This document shows, piece by piece, positions 1-12,005 of a stretch of DNA of 64,000 bases. Under the pieces are notes generated by a model that was given only the letters and a program-made list of their open reading frames with translations, did not search any database and was not told the DNA's origin. The DNA is from Botryllus schlosseri (taxonomy: Eukaryota): NCBI GenBank assembly GCA_051294905.1, contig CM119371.1, positions 17,484,001-17,548,000 on the forward strand. Direction: 5' to 3'. A program made the translations under genes and the position numbers. Positions within the stretch are counted from its first letter, which is position 1; every line of letters begins with the position of its first letter.

Positions 1-444
1 TACAGCAGGGCTGTCAAACACAATCCCGACAGGCCAGACGGCCCGCCACACGATTTCATCCGGCCCGTGAATAAATTTAATGCAAATCCTAGAAAGTAGC
101 AATCACCAGAGCTCACGTTACAGATGGAGATGTCCCAATTCATGACCTATGTTCCACTCCATTCCTGTATACAGTCAATGGGCAATGCTTTGCCAGTGTG
201 ACGTCATATTGGCAGATAATGTAATATGCCTCATTTTGAATCCGCTAGTGAGCGCCTGAGAGTGTCCGGAATTTGCTTCACAAAAATAAGGTAACCCTAT
301 TCTTAACCGGTGTTGCACGGAACACCAGAGGTTCCACGAACCAGCCTGAGTGGTTCCAAAGGAGGTCAAGGCAGTAGACACACAAATCTGGCCAAACTCA
401 TACATATGACTTCTGATGACACGCCATGGTAACGTGCGGACTTG

Positions 445-650
445 GAAAATTAGAAAATGTTCAGCTTTTCCTGATTAGATTAGAATTAGAATAAGAGCTA
501 CACAAGTTCATTATAAATTAGAGTAGAATAGGAATTAAAGCTACCCAGCTTTTGGAAATTAGATTAGAATTAGTATTAGAGCTACACAGTTTTTTCAAAA
601 TAAGATTAGAATTAGAACCACTGAATTCGCAAAAAATTGGAAATTGAATT
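445..650. repeat. Low-complexity (GATTAGAATTA-like) tandem array
   Basis: Repeated ttagattagaattag(aa/ta)taagagctacac units. Confidence 0.8.
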
Positions 651-1738
651 AAATTGTGAATGGTAAATGAATACAGCAAACATCAGTTCATATCAAATTA
701 TACAGTGCATTCCCCGCCCATGAGAATGGTTAACGTCTGTACATCAAGCTTGGCTCGTTTTTACCGTGCCCTGGCTCGTACCGAGCATTGCCGTATGCAG
801 CGGGGCTTGGTTTAAAAATCGAAACATCGGCTTTTCGAAGTGTCGGTTGTATATCCTATCTATATTTATTGCAGTGGATCTTAACCGATATTCCATCGAG
901 CACTAGGGGTTACCTGAGCCAATTTCAGGAGTTCCGTGAGTCAGGAGCTCAAGACACACACTTGACCCATACAATAATTTGTGTTGCCTACATTTGGGCC
1001 GTTCAGAAGTCGAATGGTGAGTTTGTGACCGTTGTTGTGGTGATACGTCCTGTGCAATGGCGTGTGCATGGCAAGCTAGGATTCGATATCGAATCTCTGC
1101 CCTTCTAAGCCCTTAGCCAATTATATCTTCAATATTTATATAATCATTTGTACACAAGCAAATGGTATCACGCTTTCATTTCGATCGAACAAAACGATGA
1201 AACTGTAAGCCTAGCATTTCTGAATGGGTATGTATAAAAACATTCAGTTGTGCTTTTCGCGTCGAAGGCTTTTTGCACCACGGCGATTTAGACATTTTGA
1301 TCAAAATGATAGCATGAAATGTCATGAAAATACAAGATGAGTACGTAGCTAAATGTATTTGAAAAGGAATAGCAGATTTGCAATGAATTATAGTGATTTT
1401 GTTTTTATTGGAAATCTCATTTTATTGGTTTTGCTCGTTTACCACTCTGTCGATGCACAGCTCCTTTGCGCACCAGCAATCTATAGTAATGTAATTTCGA
1501 TGTGTATTGTGGTATATTTTATTTTCATATGACTCAGAGAAAATTTGGGATTCCGTGAAGGAATGCAGATTGGCGTAAGGGTTCCACGAGATAGTAGGTT
1601 AAAGCCACTGGTCTAGATATTAAACATTATACTAATCGTTCTGGAAAAAAATTTTATTACCTTGATCATCTCGTGTCCAGGTAAATGTGCAATTGAATGG
1701 GATGGTATCAGATTCTTCGCCTTATTTTATCATCACAG

Positions 1739-1879
1739 CCAAATGAACCAAGAAGCTGCAAGATTATCTTGGAAAAACGAGACGCTGAGCTTGCTAATAT
1801 CTATGCGGAGGATCAATACAAAGCGATCATCAAATATCTGAAACCGTATATCGCTGTCAGAAATGATGAAGCAATTTAA
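1739..1879 (+). CDS. Candidate terminal coding exon of an upstream gene (PNEPRSCKIILEKRDAELANIYAEDQYKAIIKYLKPYIAVRNDEAI*)
   Basis: Pyrimidine-rich acceptor ccttattttatcatcacag at 1738; donor cag|gtaaat at 1680/1681 gives a 58-nt intron; frame open to stop. The upstream exon could not be fixed. Confidence 0.3.
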   Translation, partial: PNEPRSCKIILEKRDAELANIYAEDQYKAIIKYLKPYIAVRNDEAI

Positions 1880-2876
1880 ATTGGAGTCAGAACTGGAATG
1901 ACATACGAGCCCAACGTACGAAACTTTTTTTTGTAAAAATATATATCTACAATCGACAATCATCAATCGGCAATACGTACGTATCTGTCGCATCAATTAG
2001 TCATTCAATCCCCGTTATCACCCACTTGCATGTGTCCAGTGAAGGACACAATGGATTCACCAAGCCATCTGCAGCAAACCCCACTGACAGCATAAATCAC
2101 ACACCTCCTCCAGCATAAATCTCTAACGGCAATAGAGAACATTCTCGAAACCCATGGTGCCAGACACGTCACGCGGTTTGCACGAAAATTCAGCCAGATA
2201 AATAAACCAATCTTGAAGACAACCAGTAAATTGATGTACTATATCAGTTGTTCTTAACCTTTGACTTTCTTCAGCGCCCCCTTCCAAAAATTGTTTGAAT
2301 CTGGCGCCCCCACTATTATAAGGATTGTAGTAAAAACAAGGGGTAAGTGGTCAAAGATCCGCTTTTGGGTTGGGACTTCGCTATTAGACCACTGGACTAA
2401 TTTACGGTCCAATTGTATGTGCTATTTTCAAGATCAAATCCAGGTTGTTACAACAACCATCGGGTAATGCCTACGAGCTAATATAATTTGGTTCGATTTG
2501 GCAATACGGGGAAGTTAATTGTATTGGGTTTTGTTTTATTGTTTTGTATGACTACTTAATCATCTGAGAATGTGGTAGAGATTTGCTCACATTAAATTTA
2601 GTCCTGCACCCTGCAGAGGATATGTTCTGCTGTAGTGACAATGTTTGGCATTTAAAAAATATCAAGACGAACCTATGATCTCGTTTAACGGACGGAAATC
2701 TCAACGTTTGTCTGAAGCTTAATCTCACCAATAATCAACAAGACTACAAACTGGCATTAACTGCAAAAATTGTGCATATAGTAGATTCACACTTTCATTG
2801 TTGTGTACAATCGTTGGTACATTTCAAGTTTCGGAAGCTCAAATAAGGCAGTCAGCTTGATTAGTATACTAGTATT

Positions 2877-3040
2877 AGACATGGGGTGATTACTTCATGA
2901 ATATAATCTATTGCGATTGCAATTACCTATGAATCACGCTATTACGATTATGATTACAATTACAGCAAAATCAGGAAGTAGTCGATTACGATTACGATTA
3001 CATTGGAAAAGTAATCACGATTACTCACGATTACATAATT
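2877..3040. repeat. Dispersed element with (GATTAC)n array; second copy at 26047-26200
   Basis: Both copies begin agacatggggtgattac and contain gattacgattac...cattggaaaagtaatc. Confidence 0.8.
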
Positions 3041-4508
3041 TTCTTCGAGCTTCGCGATTTAATGTCTCTAGATAGCTTGATTTTCAAATGCATGCCTCCC
3101 CCCTCAAGAACAAAGCATGATTTATAGGAATAGGCATTTCGGTGCCGGTCATTACCGCGTCATAAACACGCCAAATGACATATATGCAGTTTCGGCTAAC
3201 GTCCGACTCCACAAGGTGTGCTACCAAAGACCTTGGCTGGAGCTATGTGTCCTATGTATATACTCGCGCTTGGTGGGCGTGACGTATAGTCCTGTCATTC
3301 CAATCTCAGCCCCACAAATTAAATGTCTTCATTCCTTTGTGGGTGCGTCGGGTGACATTTAAATTTGTGTGCGCGTCTCACGACACTTTTTCTTTTAGTC
3401 TGCTGCGTTTGGGCGACTCTACAATATCTTTTGATTATATAACAGACGGGAGGTAACGAGTCAACAACATACAATATTATAATAATACCAGCATACCAGA
3501 AGTTAAAATTATCAATTACGTGCCCCCATCTCTTATACAGGTAAATCTGACCATCGCGGTCTGTGAGGGTAATAATATAATACAATTACCCACATTATTG
3601 ACGGAATGCGGTCATCAACTTGAAAAAAAAAACAGGACATGCGTATGGGGCCCAAGACCAACTTTTAGAGCGCGGGGGGGGGGATTGCTGCTTTAGTCGT
3701 GATTCTAGCTATACACAGTCCACGCTTGGGCTGGTGTAGAAACGGGTGGCTATGGCGGCAGCCTCGAATATTATGTAAGGATTACATAACTAATACAATA
3801 ATCACGTTTTCATCCGGATATACAATTATTAAATCGTATTCGATGCAAACTTTATGTTTAAGCACAAAGACCAAAATAGTATTTAATGGATATATTAATT
3901 TATTGTAGTTAAATAGCTGTTGCAGTCAATCAGATATCTGAGATCGATCAAATTCGTCAATTACTTCTTTGAACTCCGGCTGCATGTCTGATGCAGAAAC
4001 CCTTAGTAAAGACTACTCGTGAACATAAATTATATTGAAATGCAACCTTGTCATGTTAATGTTTTCAGGCTGGAAAACTTGGATCATCATTATGTAACGC
4101 ATAGAATTCGTCAATGCTTTCATATCCTAATTGCACTTTTAGGATAGACACTCTCTGTGGGCTGCTGAAAATCCAGTCGCGGGCCGGCTTTTAAGGTGAT
4201 GCTTCGGCTCCAATAGACTGGACCTGACTGTAAGCGATCAACAAGTCTGAATGTGGCTAGTGACAGAAATTGACTTTGACTTCACTGCTATATATAGCAC
4301 GTAGGCCTACGTACGGCATCATCTAGTCACTAGTGGAAGGATCCCGCTATTACCGTGTTGTTCTACATCATAAAGCAGTGGTTCTTAACCTTTTTGAGAT
4401 CGCGGACCGGTAAACCATCAAAAATAAAAATAACCCGAAGATAGTTACAACATACGTATGTAACTCAAATAAAATGTAAACTTCAATCAATGCTGATTTT
4501 GGGTAGTA

Positions 4509-5471
4509 GGGGAGATGTGGTACCGATGGATCAAAAATTGCAAAATGATCTCTGGCCCTCAAATCTTCAGCCGAGAATGGCAGATCTTTTGCTGTCTCAA
4601 CACTTCGATACAAGCTCTACCTATCGCGGATATTTACATGAATATCCGCCTTTTCAAAAAAATATTTATAAACGTTTAAAATTTGTTGCTCGAACGTGTC
4701 ATCGGTCCCCACCCGGTGGGTCCAACGGCACACGACCACTGGACCTATGAGACATACGCTCAAAAACTCAAATTTGTTAACTTGTTTTGTTGTGTACTAT
4801 AAGCTAAGCTACAGCAAGCCAATGAAGAATGTTTCGTTGCGACCTTCAAGAATAAAATAGATTATATCAACTGAAATATTGGCATAAAATCATGTTTTGA
4901 TATACGCCTAAACTTCCAAAATTAATGCCCATGTACATATTTCCCGCAAATCGACATTTTGACTTTCAAATAACTCGTAATAGCGATAAAACACCACAGG
5001 TACCTATGATTTACAGCCTATATATATGTAGGCGAGTTTCTGTTGTTAAGTGATTAGTTGGCCCATCTATTTTGCTTGATTTGGCTATGGTACCATAGGT
5101 CCCCCACCCCATAAATATTGTAATTGACTTGAAAACAGTCCACTCGAGGATGATATTGATTAAAAAATATGTGCCAATATATACCCTGATATAAGCCCTA
5201 TACTTCACATCAAAAATTATGGCGGGTTTGTTAGTCTGGAAGTTGATATAGAAAAATGCAAATGTCGATCCAAATTCACTTTACACCCCCTAAAACGTAA
5301 ATCATTCGTCACAGACCCCATAACTCACGCAGGTCGGATTTTTTTGCATGTGAGGAAAGATTCTGTCAGCATGTAACTGTAGACAAATTCACGGAGTGTA
5401 ATCATGGAATTATCATGGAGAATTTTTCAAATATTTTCGGTCCCAGTGATCCATCGGTACCACATCTCCCC
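4509..5471. mobile_element. Non-autonomous DNA transposon (MITE) with TA TSD, nested in a hAT-type MITE starting at 4375
   Basis: Perfect 25-bp TIR ggggagatgtggtaccgatggatca / tgatccatcggtaccacatctcccc, with TA on both sides. Confidence 0.85.
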
Positions 5472-6899
5472 TACATATTTAGGTGTGATTCTGTTGAAGC
5501 TTACGCCAGGCGAAGCTCGCGTAGTCCCGCTTAAAGACCACCAACTTGATCGTGATTGCTCGGTGTAGTTTGGAAAGAATGAGAGTGATTATGATTACTA
5601 TTTTGCAACAGCAACACAACTACTTAGCGATGTGCGATTGGAATGACGTCACACGCACGGTATTGTTGCAACCATATCAACGTAACGGATATCTCTATTC
5701 AGGCGACGACATAAAACTCCAAATCAAAACAAGGTTCCTCAACTAGAACAATGGTCTACTTCTCGATATTGTTTGACGTTTATATCAATAGGGTGACATA
5801 AAGGTAGGCTATACGTCGCAGTTAGTGCATCGACATTATTTCACCAGGCTAGAAGTGATTAGCGACAGAATTCAGAGATATCATGTGATGACAGTACGTC
5901 ACGTGACGTACCAGTAGATTTTGGCTCGTTTTGTGGCGATTTGCACAATATTTGACAGAACTGTAATTGGATGAGTAATATATTATTTTTTGTTTAGTGA
6001 ATATAAGCAGAAATTAGGGGTTTGCCGAAGGCTTTCAGACTAGTGTATTGACTTGTTTGTAAAAGTAGATGAGCACTGCAGGGTTCGTATCATAGTTTGA
6101 CGAGACTTTTCATCATTGGTTTTAACTATGACTTCGAATACTTATGGAAACAATTCCTACCGATGGATGTGAGACTGTAAATTGGTGGTCAGTATAACAT
6201 ATTTGTACTAGGCATTAAGCGACCAGATTCAGATATAAATGGAACACATTAGTGTATAGTGCAGTGGTTCTTAAAGTGGACGCCAGCGCTCCCTTCCCCC
6301 TGGGAGCTTTCGCGAGCCTGAAGAGGGCGCTGGTCGACAGGGGAGATGCTGAGAGCAAATGGACGCGGTGTAGGCTTAGAAGGCAACCGCTCCGTAGTGT
6401 TGAAACGGTTGATCAATAAAGCGGCTAAATATGCAGTAAAACGTCAACGCGATTTACTTAGTGCAATTTACAGTCGTCCGTTCAACGAAATGACAGCCTA
6501 TATAAATTTACAGCAGTACACGATACCTAGCAACCACTCGGGTCACATAATGCCACAATCCTGAAGTATATATTGAGGTTTTGAACGTCGTCAAATGTAT
6601 CAACTGAGGCAATCGAATGATATAATAATCCAATAAAATCAACGTTTCCCGTCGCTTTGCGAACAATTTCGACTAGGACTCACGAGGGAATATTAAAAGG
6701 GTGTACCACGACAAAAAAAGATCGAGAGCACTGACCTCTACATCTTAATCGAGCATCAATTCTGGTGATTCCAATTCATAAGTGAGATATAATGTATTTG
6801 CCCATAGTGCAGTCATACGCAGTCAGTGCGGATGAACGTTTATTTCCAAAAAAGTGCAAATGGGTCTCAAAAAAGTTGAAAAGCACTGCCTTTTTACCT

Positions 6900-7265
6900 G
6901 CCCATTTGTTTAAAAACAAATTGTATGCATTTTACATCATGCGATCAATTTGGCTGACATAACCTGGCGGAAGTGCGATAAATGAAATCGAAATCATTAA
7001 TATAATTTTGTAGAGACACACAACCGGCTCCTGCGATAGCACGAGCAAACTGAGATCTAGATCGTGTCAAACATACTATCATAACAGGTCTTCCAAAACA
7101 TCCCGACGAACTTGTCAACTTGATCTCAGTGTCACAGACATTGCGAAAGACTTCGCGTTGAAATTCTGTCCCAATATCAAGCACTGTTGAACAGTTATTA
7201 TTTACGCGGTGGAAATATGTCAGTAGTATCGAATTTTACAAGCTGAAGTAACAATAAATAACCAT
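6900..7265 (-). repeat. Inverted copy of segment 8715-9075
   Basis: Reverse complement contains actgacatatttccaccgcg, ttgggacagaattt, gtgacactgag, ccggttgtgtgtctcta, ttcgatttcatttat, matching 8715-9075. Confidence 0.8.
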
Positions 7266-7385
7266 TAGTCAGCATATGGTTAGCAATACGTTTTACATTA
7301 AATTGTCAGTGATATTGTCGATACTAAAGGTGTCCCTGTATTGGGCTGTTATGTACATCAGTGAGGATATATAAACAGTTAATCC

Positions 7386-7790
7386 TAGGGTTACCGTATT
7401 TTGGAAATCGGAAAAGAATACACTTTTCAAAATTTCCATACTCACAATACTGAGTAAAATCCTGCGAAAATGGTAATTTATTCCCGACTTATTGGTTCCT
7501 TGACTAAAAATTACAAATGAAAAGTCAACTTTCCGGCTCAACTCCGGAAATACCCATTTCTAACAGGTTCTTCGTTGTTTGACTAAAAAAGGTCGTTTTT
7601 CAGGCTCAAGTCCTGAAACGCGCGTCGGATCGTTACTTGGCCGCTGATTTCCTATTTCTCAGTCCAATTTCCGCGTAATTTAACCCATATCCTCAAGAAA
7701 GAAAGAGGGGAAATTTTCAAAAAAAGAGAACATTTAGGCGTCCTTCGGGGCACTTTCGAAAAGGTCAAAAAAGAGGACACGGTATGGCTT
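7386..7790. mobile_element. hAT-type MITE (TAGGGTTACC terminus); related copy at 32033-32358
   Basis: Shared internal sequence (tcaactttc..., gaggacattt); the 32033 copy has 8-bp TSD cattaggt. Confidence 0.75.
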
Positions 7791-7809
7791 GCTTGTGGTG
7801 TTCATGGTG

Positions 7810-8000
7810 TTTGTCGACTTATAACACGGCCCACTTAGGCTTTTCGCAAGACACCGCTTACGCGGATGCCATGGTGAGGAGGAGCCTAGATAAACCTCCA
7901 GCACTTAAAAATGGGAATTCTGAAGTCGACCTCGGTCGAACTCGAACCCGCAACCCGTTGGTGTTGCAGCCACGGATTATGCCACTGCGCTATCTCGTGA
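7810..8000 (-). mobile_element. tRNA-derived SINE (family A; other copies 62785-62995 on +, fragment about 57080-57125)
   Basis: Reverse complement cgagatagcgcagtgg (A box) ... gggttcgagttc (B box), followed by a non-tRNA body (ctaggctcctcctcacc...ccgcgtaagcg) shared among copies. Confidence 0.85.
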
Positions 8001-9286
8001 CGTATGGTAACCCTAGCGAAATTTATATAGTAATCGATGGACGTGAGCACAATGATTCGAGTACTGTAATTTCAATCGAGTATTCTTTCTGATGATTCGA
8101 ATTCATTAGTGAGAGATAATCTAATCGCCTACTCAAATCATACGCAGTCCTATAGCAGTATACGAAACACGCAGTACAAAGCAACAGAAGGTTGCGGAAA
8201 CGACATTTATGTGAAGTAGGAATAAACATACAGAAGTGTCAGAAGTTGAAATTGAATAGGTATGGTTGAAAACACCAAGGATTATTATTTAATTTAACGT
8301 TGAATGGACATTATGTTATTGGTGGCCGCGTACCAGACACATATTTAAACTTTCACCGTCCTTGTGACGTCGTTATGAGTGATATTCCAATATTCGCCAC
8401 TCCACTCGAAGCCAAATATTCGATTCAGACTCGAATCAATGAGGTATATTCGATTTGCCAAATGAAATGCAAAAAATAAATATTTGCATTGACTTCATCA
8501 TATATCACATGCAATAAAATACCGCTTTGGTACTCCGCAGCCGAAATTGATACCTTTCGGGAGTATCTGCGTGGTAGAATCGTGTAGGGATCAAATATAT
8601 TACACGATCAAACCGATAAAACTCCGTTTTGTATCCTCTATCTCTTCCCGGCTTACACACAGCGCATGCATCGTAGCCTAGAGCTCAGCACAATTCAGCG
8701 CCACCTATAGCATCGACAATATCGCTCACATTTTACTGAAATTCGTTACAACTGACATATTTCCACCGCGTGAATAAGTGTTCATCTGTTCAATTGTTCC
8801 TGATCTTGGGACAGAATTTTAATGTCAAGATTTTCTCACTTTCCGTGACACTGAGTTCGAGGTGATAAGCTTGTCGGTAAATTTTGGAATACTTGCTATG
8901 TTTGACATGATAGGGATATCAGTTTGTCCGTGCTATCGAAGTGGCCGGTTTTGTGTCTCTATAAAAATTATTTTAATGAATTCGATTTCATTTATTGCAC
9001 TTACTCCTAGCGATGTCACACAAACTGATAGCATTACGTTCAACTCGTACAATTTGTTAATACACACATTGTTTCCAAATAATCCGAGGAGAGCTATTAC
9101 AAATTTGTGAACATGTGACTATCTATAAGTCTCGAATATAACCTGCTGATCTACCATATAGCTCAGTGCTCAGGAACGATTGTCCTGACTTGATGTTCAG
9201 AAAGATCCATCATGGAGTTTAATTAATATTTGTATGTTCAGTTTTTGTCTGATACGCTAGCTAATTGGTTCTAGGTTATAAATACC

Positions 9287-9359
9287 ATGGCAGAAGGAGG
9301 TCGTGGTCACAATTCTGGTGTCGCTGATGTCATGCCTTCATCATCCCCTGGGACAAGTG
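9287..9359 (+). CDS. NLR gene, coding exon 1 (MAEGGRGHNSGVADVMPSSSPGTS)
   Basis: Acceptor ttggttctag at 9274, ATG in good context (accATGg), donor g|gtttgt, phase 1. Confidence 0.7.
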
Positions 9360-9438
9360 GTTTGTTATGCATGCAATATTTGAGCTCAGACTATACTTAA
9401 TATTCATATAAACACTAACTATATCGAACAGTTTTATA

Positions 9439-10320
9439 TAGGAATGGTGTAAACCGCGGAAGGTTCAGGTTCGTGTGAACACGAACTTTGAAAAGGTTTT
9501 GTGCGTACTCGAACGTTGAGCCTTGACGTCACGTGACGTCCTATTGATAAATCCGACCCTAGATTTCAGTGAAGTGATATATTAATGTACCTAACGACGA
9601 CTCAGGCCAAATTATCCCACAAATGCTGAAGCACGTGCTGACTTTCCAAACCTCACCATATATATACTGGTGCAAGCAAATGATATAATACTCCCATAAA
9701 TTCAATCTCAGTAGTCGATTCGCCAACGATTTCGACGAGAACTTGTAAGGTAATATAAGCTCACGCCCAAACAGTCTAGGCCAGTCCGGATAACGTATTT
9801 GGCATCTTACTATTGGTACATTGATATTGAGCTGAGTGTAAAGCATGCCGACAAGAAAGCATAATGGTGAAGCGTCCTGCTTCGTGATCGGTAGGTCGTG
9901 GGTTCGAATCCCGGCTGGGTAAGACCAAAGACCTGCTTAGTAACACTGGCATCCTTGACTTACCTGCTTGGCGCTCATGCAGTACTAGCAGAGCATGAAG
10001 GGGTGGCACAAGACTTAGAAAGCCGAACAAGGCGTTGTCTGCACCTTCCTTGTCCAGCGGCATATGCACATCATGCACTTATCATATGCACGAATCATGT
10101 GTATGTGTATTATGAGTCGGTGTATATGGCGCAAAAACAATCGCATGGATTCGGTTTTATGATGCAATATACATATCCAATGAAGATGGATCCCGTACGC
10201 TTGATATATTTTGTACACTAGACAAAGATGTATTCTTTATATCCATTTCATTGATTGATCCAATAAACATTATTCGCGGACTACCTGCATATGGTGTATT
10301 CCTTCATGATGTTTTGTGAA
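9439..10320. mobile_element. TAGGGATGGTGTGAAC-family hAT non-autonomous element (3'-truncated), in NLR intron 1
   Basis: Colinear with complete copies at 33215-34173 and 58170-59090; interrupted by a SINE. Confidence 0.85.
9846..10075 (+). mobile_element. tRNA-derived SINE (family B)
   Basis: A box taatggtgaagcg, B box ggttcgaatccc, no intact acceptor stem, followed by a unique body. Confidence 0.8.
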
Positions 10321-10437
10321 ATAGTGTACAGCTCACGGCAGATTATCACTAGGGCTGGGCGCAATGATTCGAGTACTCGAATCTTAATCGAGTATTAATT
10401 GTGATGATGATCAAATGTGTGATCAAATGTGTTTCAG

Positions 10438-10569
10438 GATACGCAGCATTGGCTGAAGGTGAAAATGTCAATGTGCAGTTCACAAAGAGCTCTGTTACCG
10501 TTGTGGGTGGAGATCAGGTCGTTTACAACATGATCGGTGTTGAAAGTAAAGCAAGTCATCCAAGGCAAG
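10438..10569 (+). CDS. NLR gene, exon 2 with RHIM-like motif (GYAALAEGENVNVQFTKSSVTVVGGDQVVYNMIGVESKASHPRQ)
   Basis: Acceptor tgtgtttcag, donor g|gttagt, 132 nt, phase 1-1, open frame joining exon 1. Confidence 0.75.
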
Positions 10570-11224
10570 GTTAGTATAAAGCTTTGCCATTCAATTCGGA
10601 GCCACGATTAGGGAGAGTGATTCACGTAAACGTACGTTCCAATCACAAGCCAAATATTAAAAAAAAAATAGGCACACGACTAAAAATAATAAGTGTAATA
10701 GTGTTGAGAGGCATTGATCTGTAGGGGAGATATACCTGCTCTTCACTTAAATACGGGTTTCCCCCACATTTGAGCAAGTGAAACAGTTACATAGGCGACA
10801 CTTAAACATGAGACTTTGGTACCTCAAAGCTGACCCATTATTAAAACTTTAGCATATTTTTATTACGATAAGCCTAAGATTCCTGGGGAATTGACTGGCA
10901 TTTCTGCAACTCCCCAAAGCTAACAAACGGTCGGTCCAAGAGGTCCGCGGACTCCACTTCATGAACCCGTATATATATAGGCGATCGATCGATCATCTTG
11001 GGATGATATTATAAATGAATACAGTAGCCTATATGAGTAGCAGATATAAATATAATATATGATATATATTCTTTTATATTACGAGTGTCACTAAGTGATT
11101 GGTGTAAGATCCGGAAATAACCACGTTTAAGATCAATGTCTCTTGTGTAGATAATCATGTTAAATGCGGTTGAGATATTTCATAAGAGATGTCGTGTTTT
11201 TAGTAATAAATCATTTTGAAACAG

Positions 11225-11326
11225 GTGATAAGCAAAGGAGAAACAAAGACTGGTGGAAAAGTATCCGACGAAATGTTAGCAATTTTTTTAAGCGGTCATC
11301 AGCATCATCATCAAGTGATCAAGATG
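11225..11326 (+). CDS. NLR gene, exon 3 (GDKQRRNKDWWKSIRRNVSNFFKRSSASSSSDQD)
   Basis: Acceptor cattttgaaacag, donor g|gtaaat, 102 nt, phase 1-1. Confidence 0.7.
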
Positions 11327-11442
11327 GTAAATATGTGTTCAGGGCAATTCATTGTTCTTTATGTATATCATCGAAGTGTAGGATGTATCCACTTCAACAC
11401 CGCAATATGTAGGCGTGGCCGCGTGGCTGCCGCAATGAGCAG

Positions 11443-11512
11443 GTCCCAATGAACAGATTGGTCTACTATATTATTATTGGGCTAGCGGCAGGACTGATAA
11501 TTATCTTACTAG
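11443..11512 (+). CDS. Possible phase 1-to-2 linker exon (GPNEQIGLLYYYWASGRTDNYLT)
   Basis: Only nearby segment I found that reconciles the exon 3 phase-1 donor with the phase-2 NACHT acceptors; donor ag|gtacac is acceptable, acceptor aatgagcag is weak. Confidence 0.3.
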
Positions 11513-11607
11513 GTACACTGAGTTGCGTATCTATAATCGTAGCATCGTAATCCATATACTGCAACAAGCTTTCGTTGAGGTTCACGCCATCTGGTTAGTA
11601 TACTTAA

Positions 11608-11790
11608 CCGAGCGAGATAGTTTATTGGTGATGCGTCCGGATTCTCGATCGGCAGGTTGTGATTTCGGTTCCCGGTCGCGTCAGGGTAAAGACTCGAAAA
11701 CTGGTATACGCACTACGCAGCTATCACGCTAGACTGTCAGCATCCACGGATTGCATGACGGAGAAAAAAACCGGGGGTGCAGACTTGGTG
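11608..11790 (+). mobile_element. tRNA-derived SINE (family C)
   Basis: tRNA-like head cgagatagtttattggtgatgcg with degenerate B box gatttcggttccc, then non-tRNA body. Confidence 0.65.
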
Positions 11791-12005
11791 ACCTTTCAGT
11801 TGTATCGCATCTTTGTCGTCAACGCATCCTGGATTCTGGATTATTCAGACCATTGGTTATCGAACTTTTTAAACACCTTCATGATGATGAAAAACTTGGC
11901 ACCCCACTCTGTCGTCATATCAAACAAATTTTACAGCTTGTAGCCTACTTTATAGGGCCACCGTTGTAGACGACGCTTTATCTGCTCATTGTGAATCATA
12001 TTAAC

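Noticed and set aside
175-290. Exon-like segment with good AG/GT boundaries
   Set aside because: Stops in all three frames
9860-9920. Functional tRNA genes here and at 7921-7998, 11608-11690 and 62785-62860
   Set aside because: A/B boxes are present but acceptor stems do not pair and each continues into a SINE body
9957-9966. U1 snRNA 5' end-like ACTTACCTG
   Set aside because: Only 9 nt, inside a SINE, with no downstream U1 sequence
11449-11540. Hydrophobic MNRLVYYIIIGLAAGLIIILLG transmembrane-like frame
   Set aside because: No phase-1 acceptor can join it to exon 3; an AT-rich chance translation is likely
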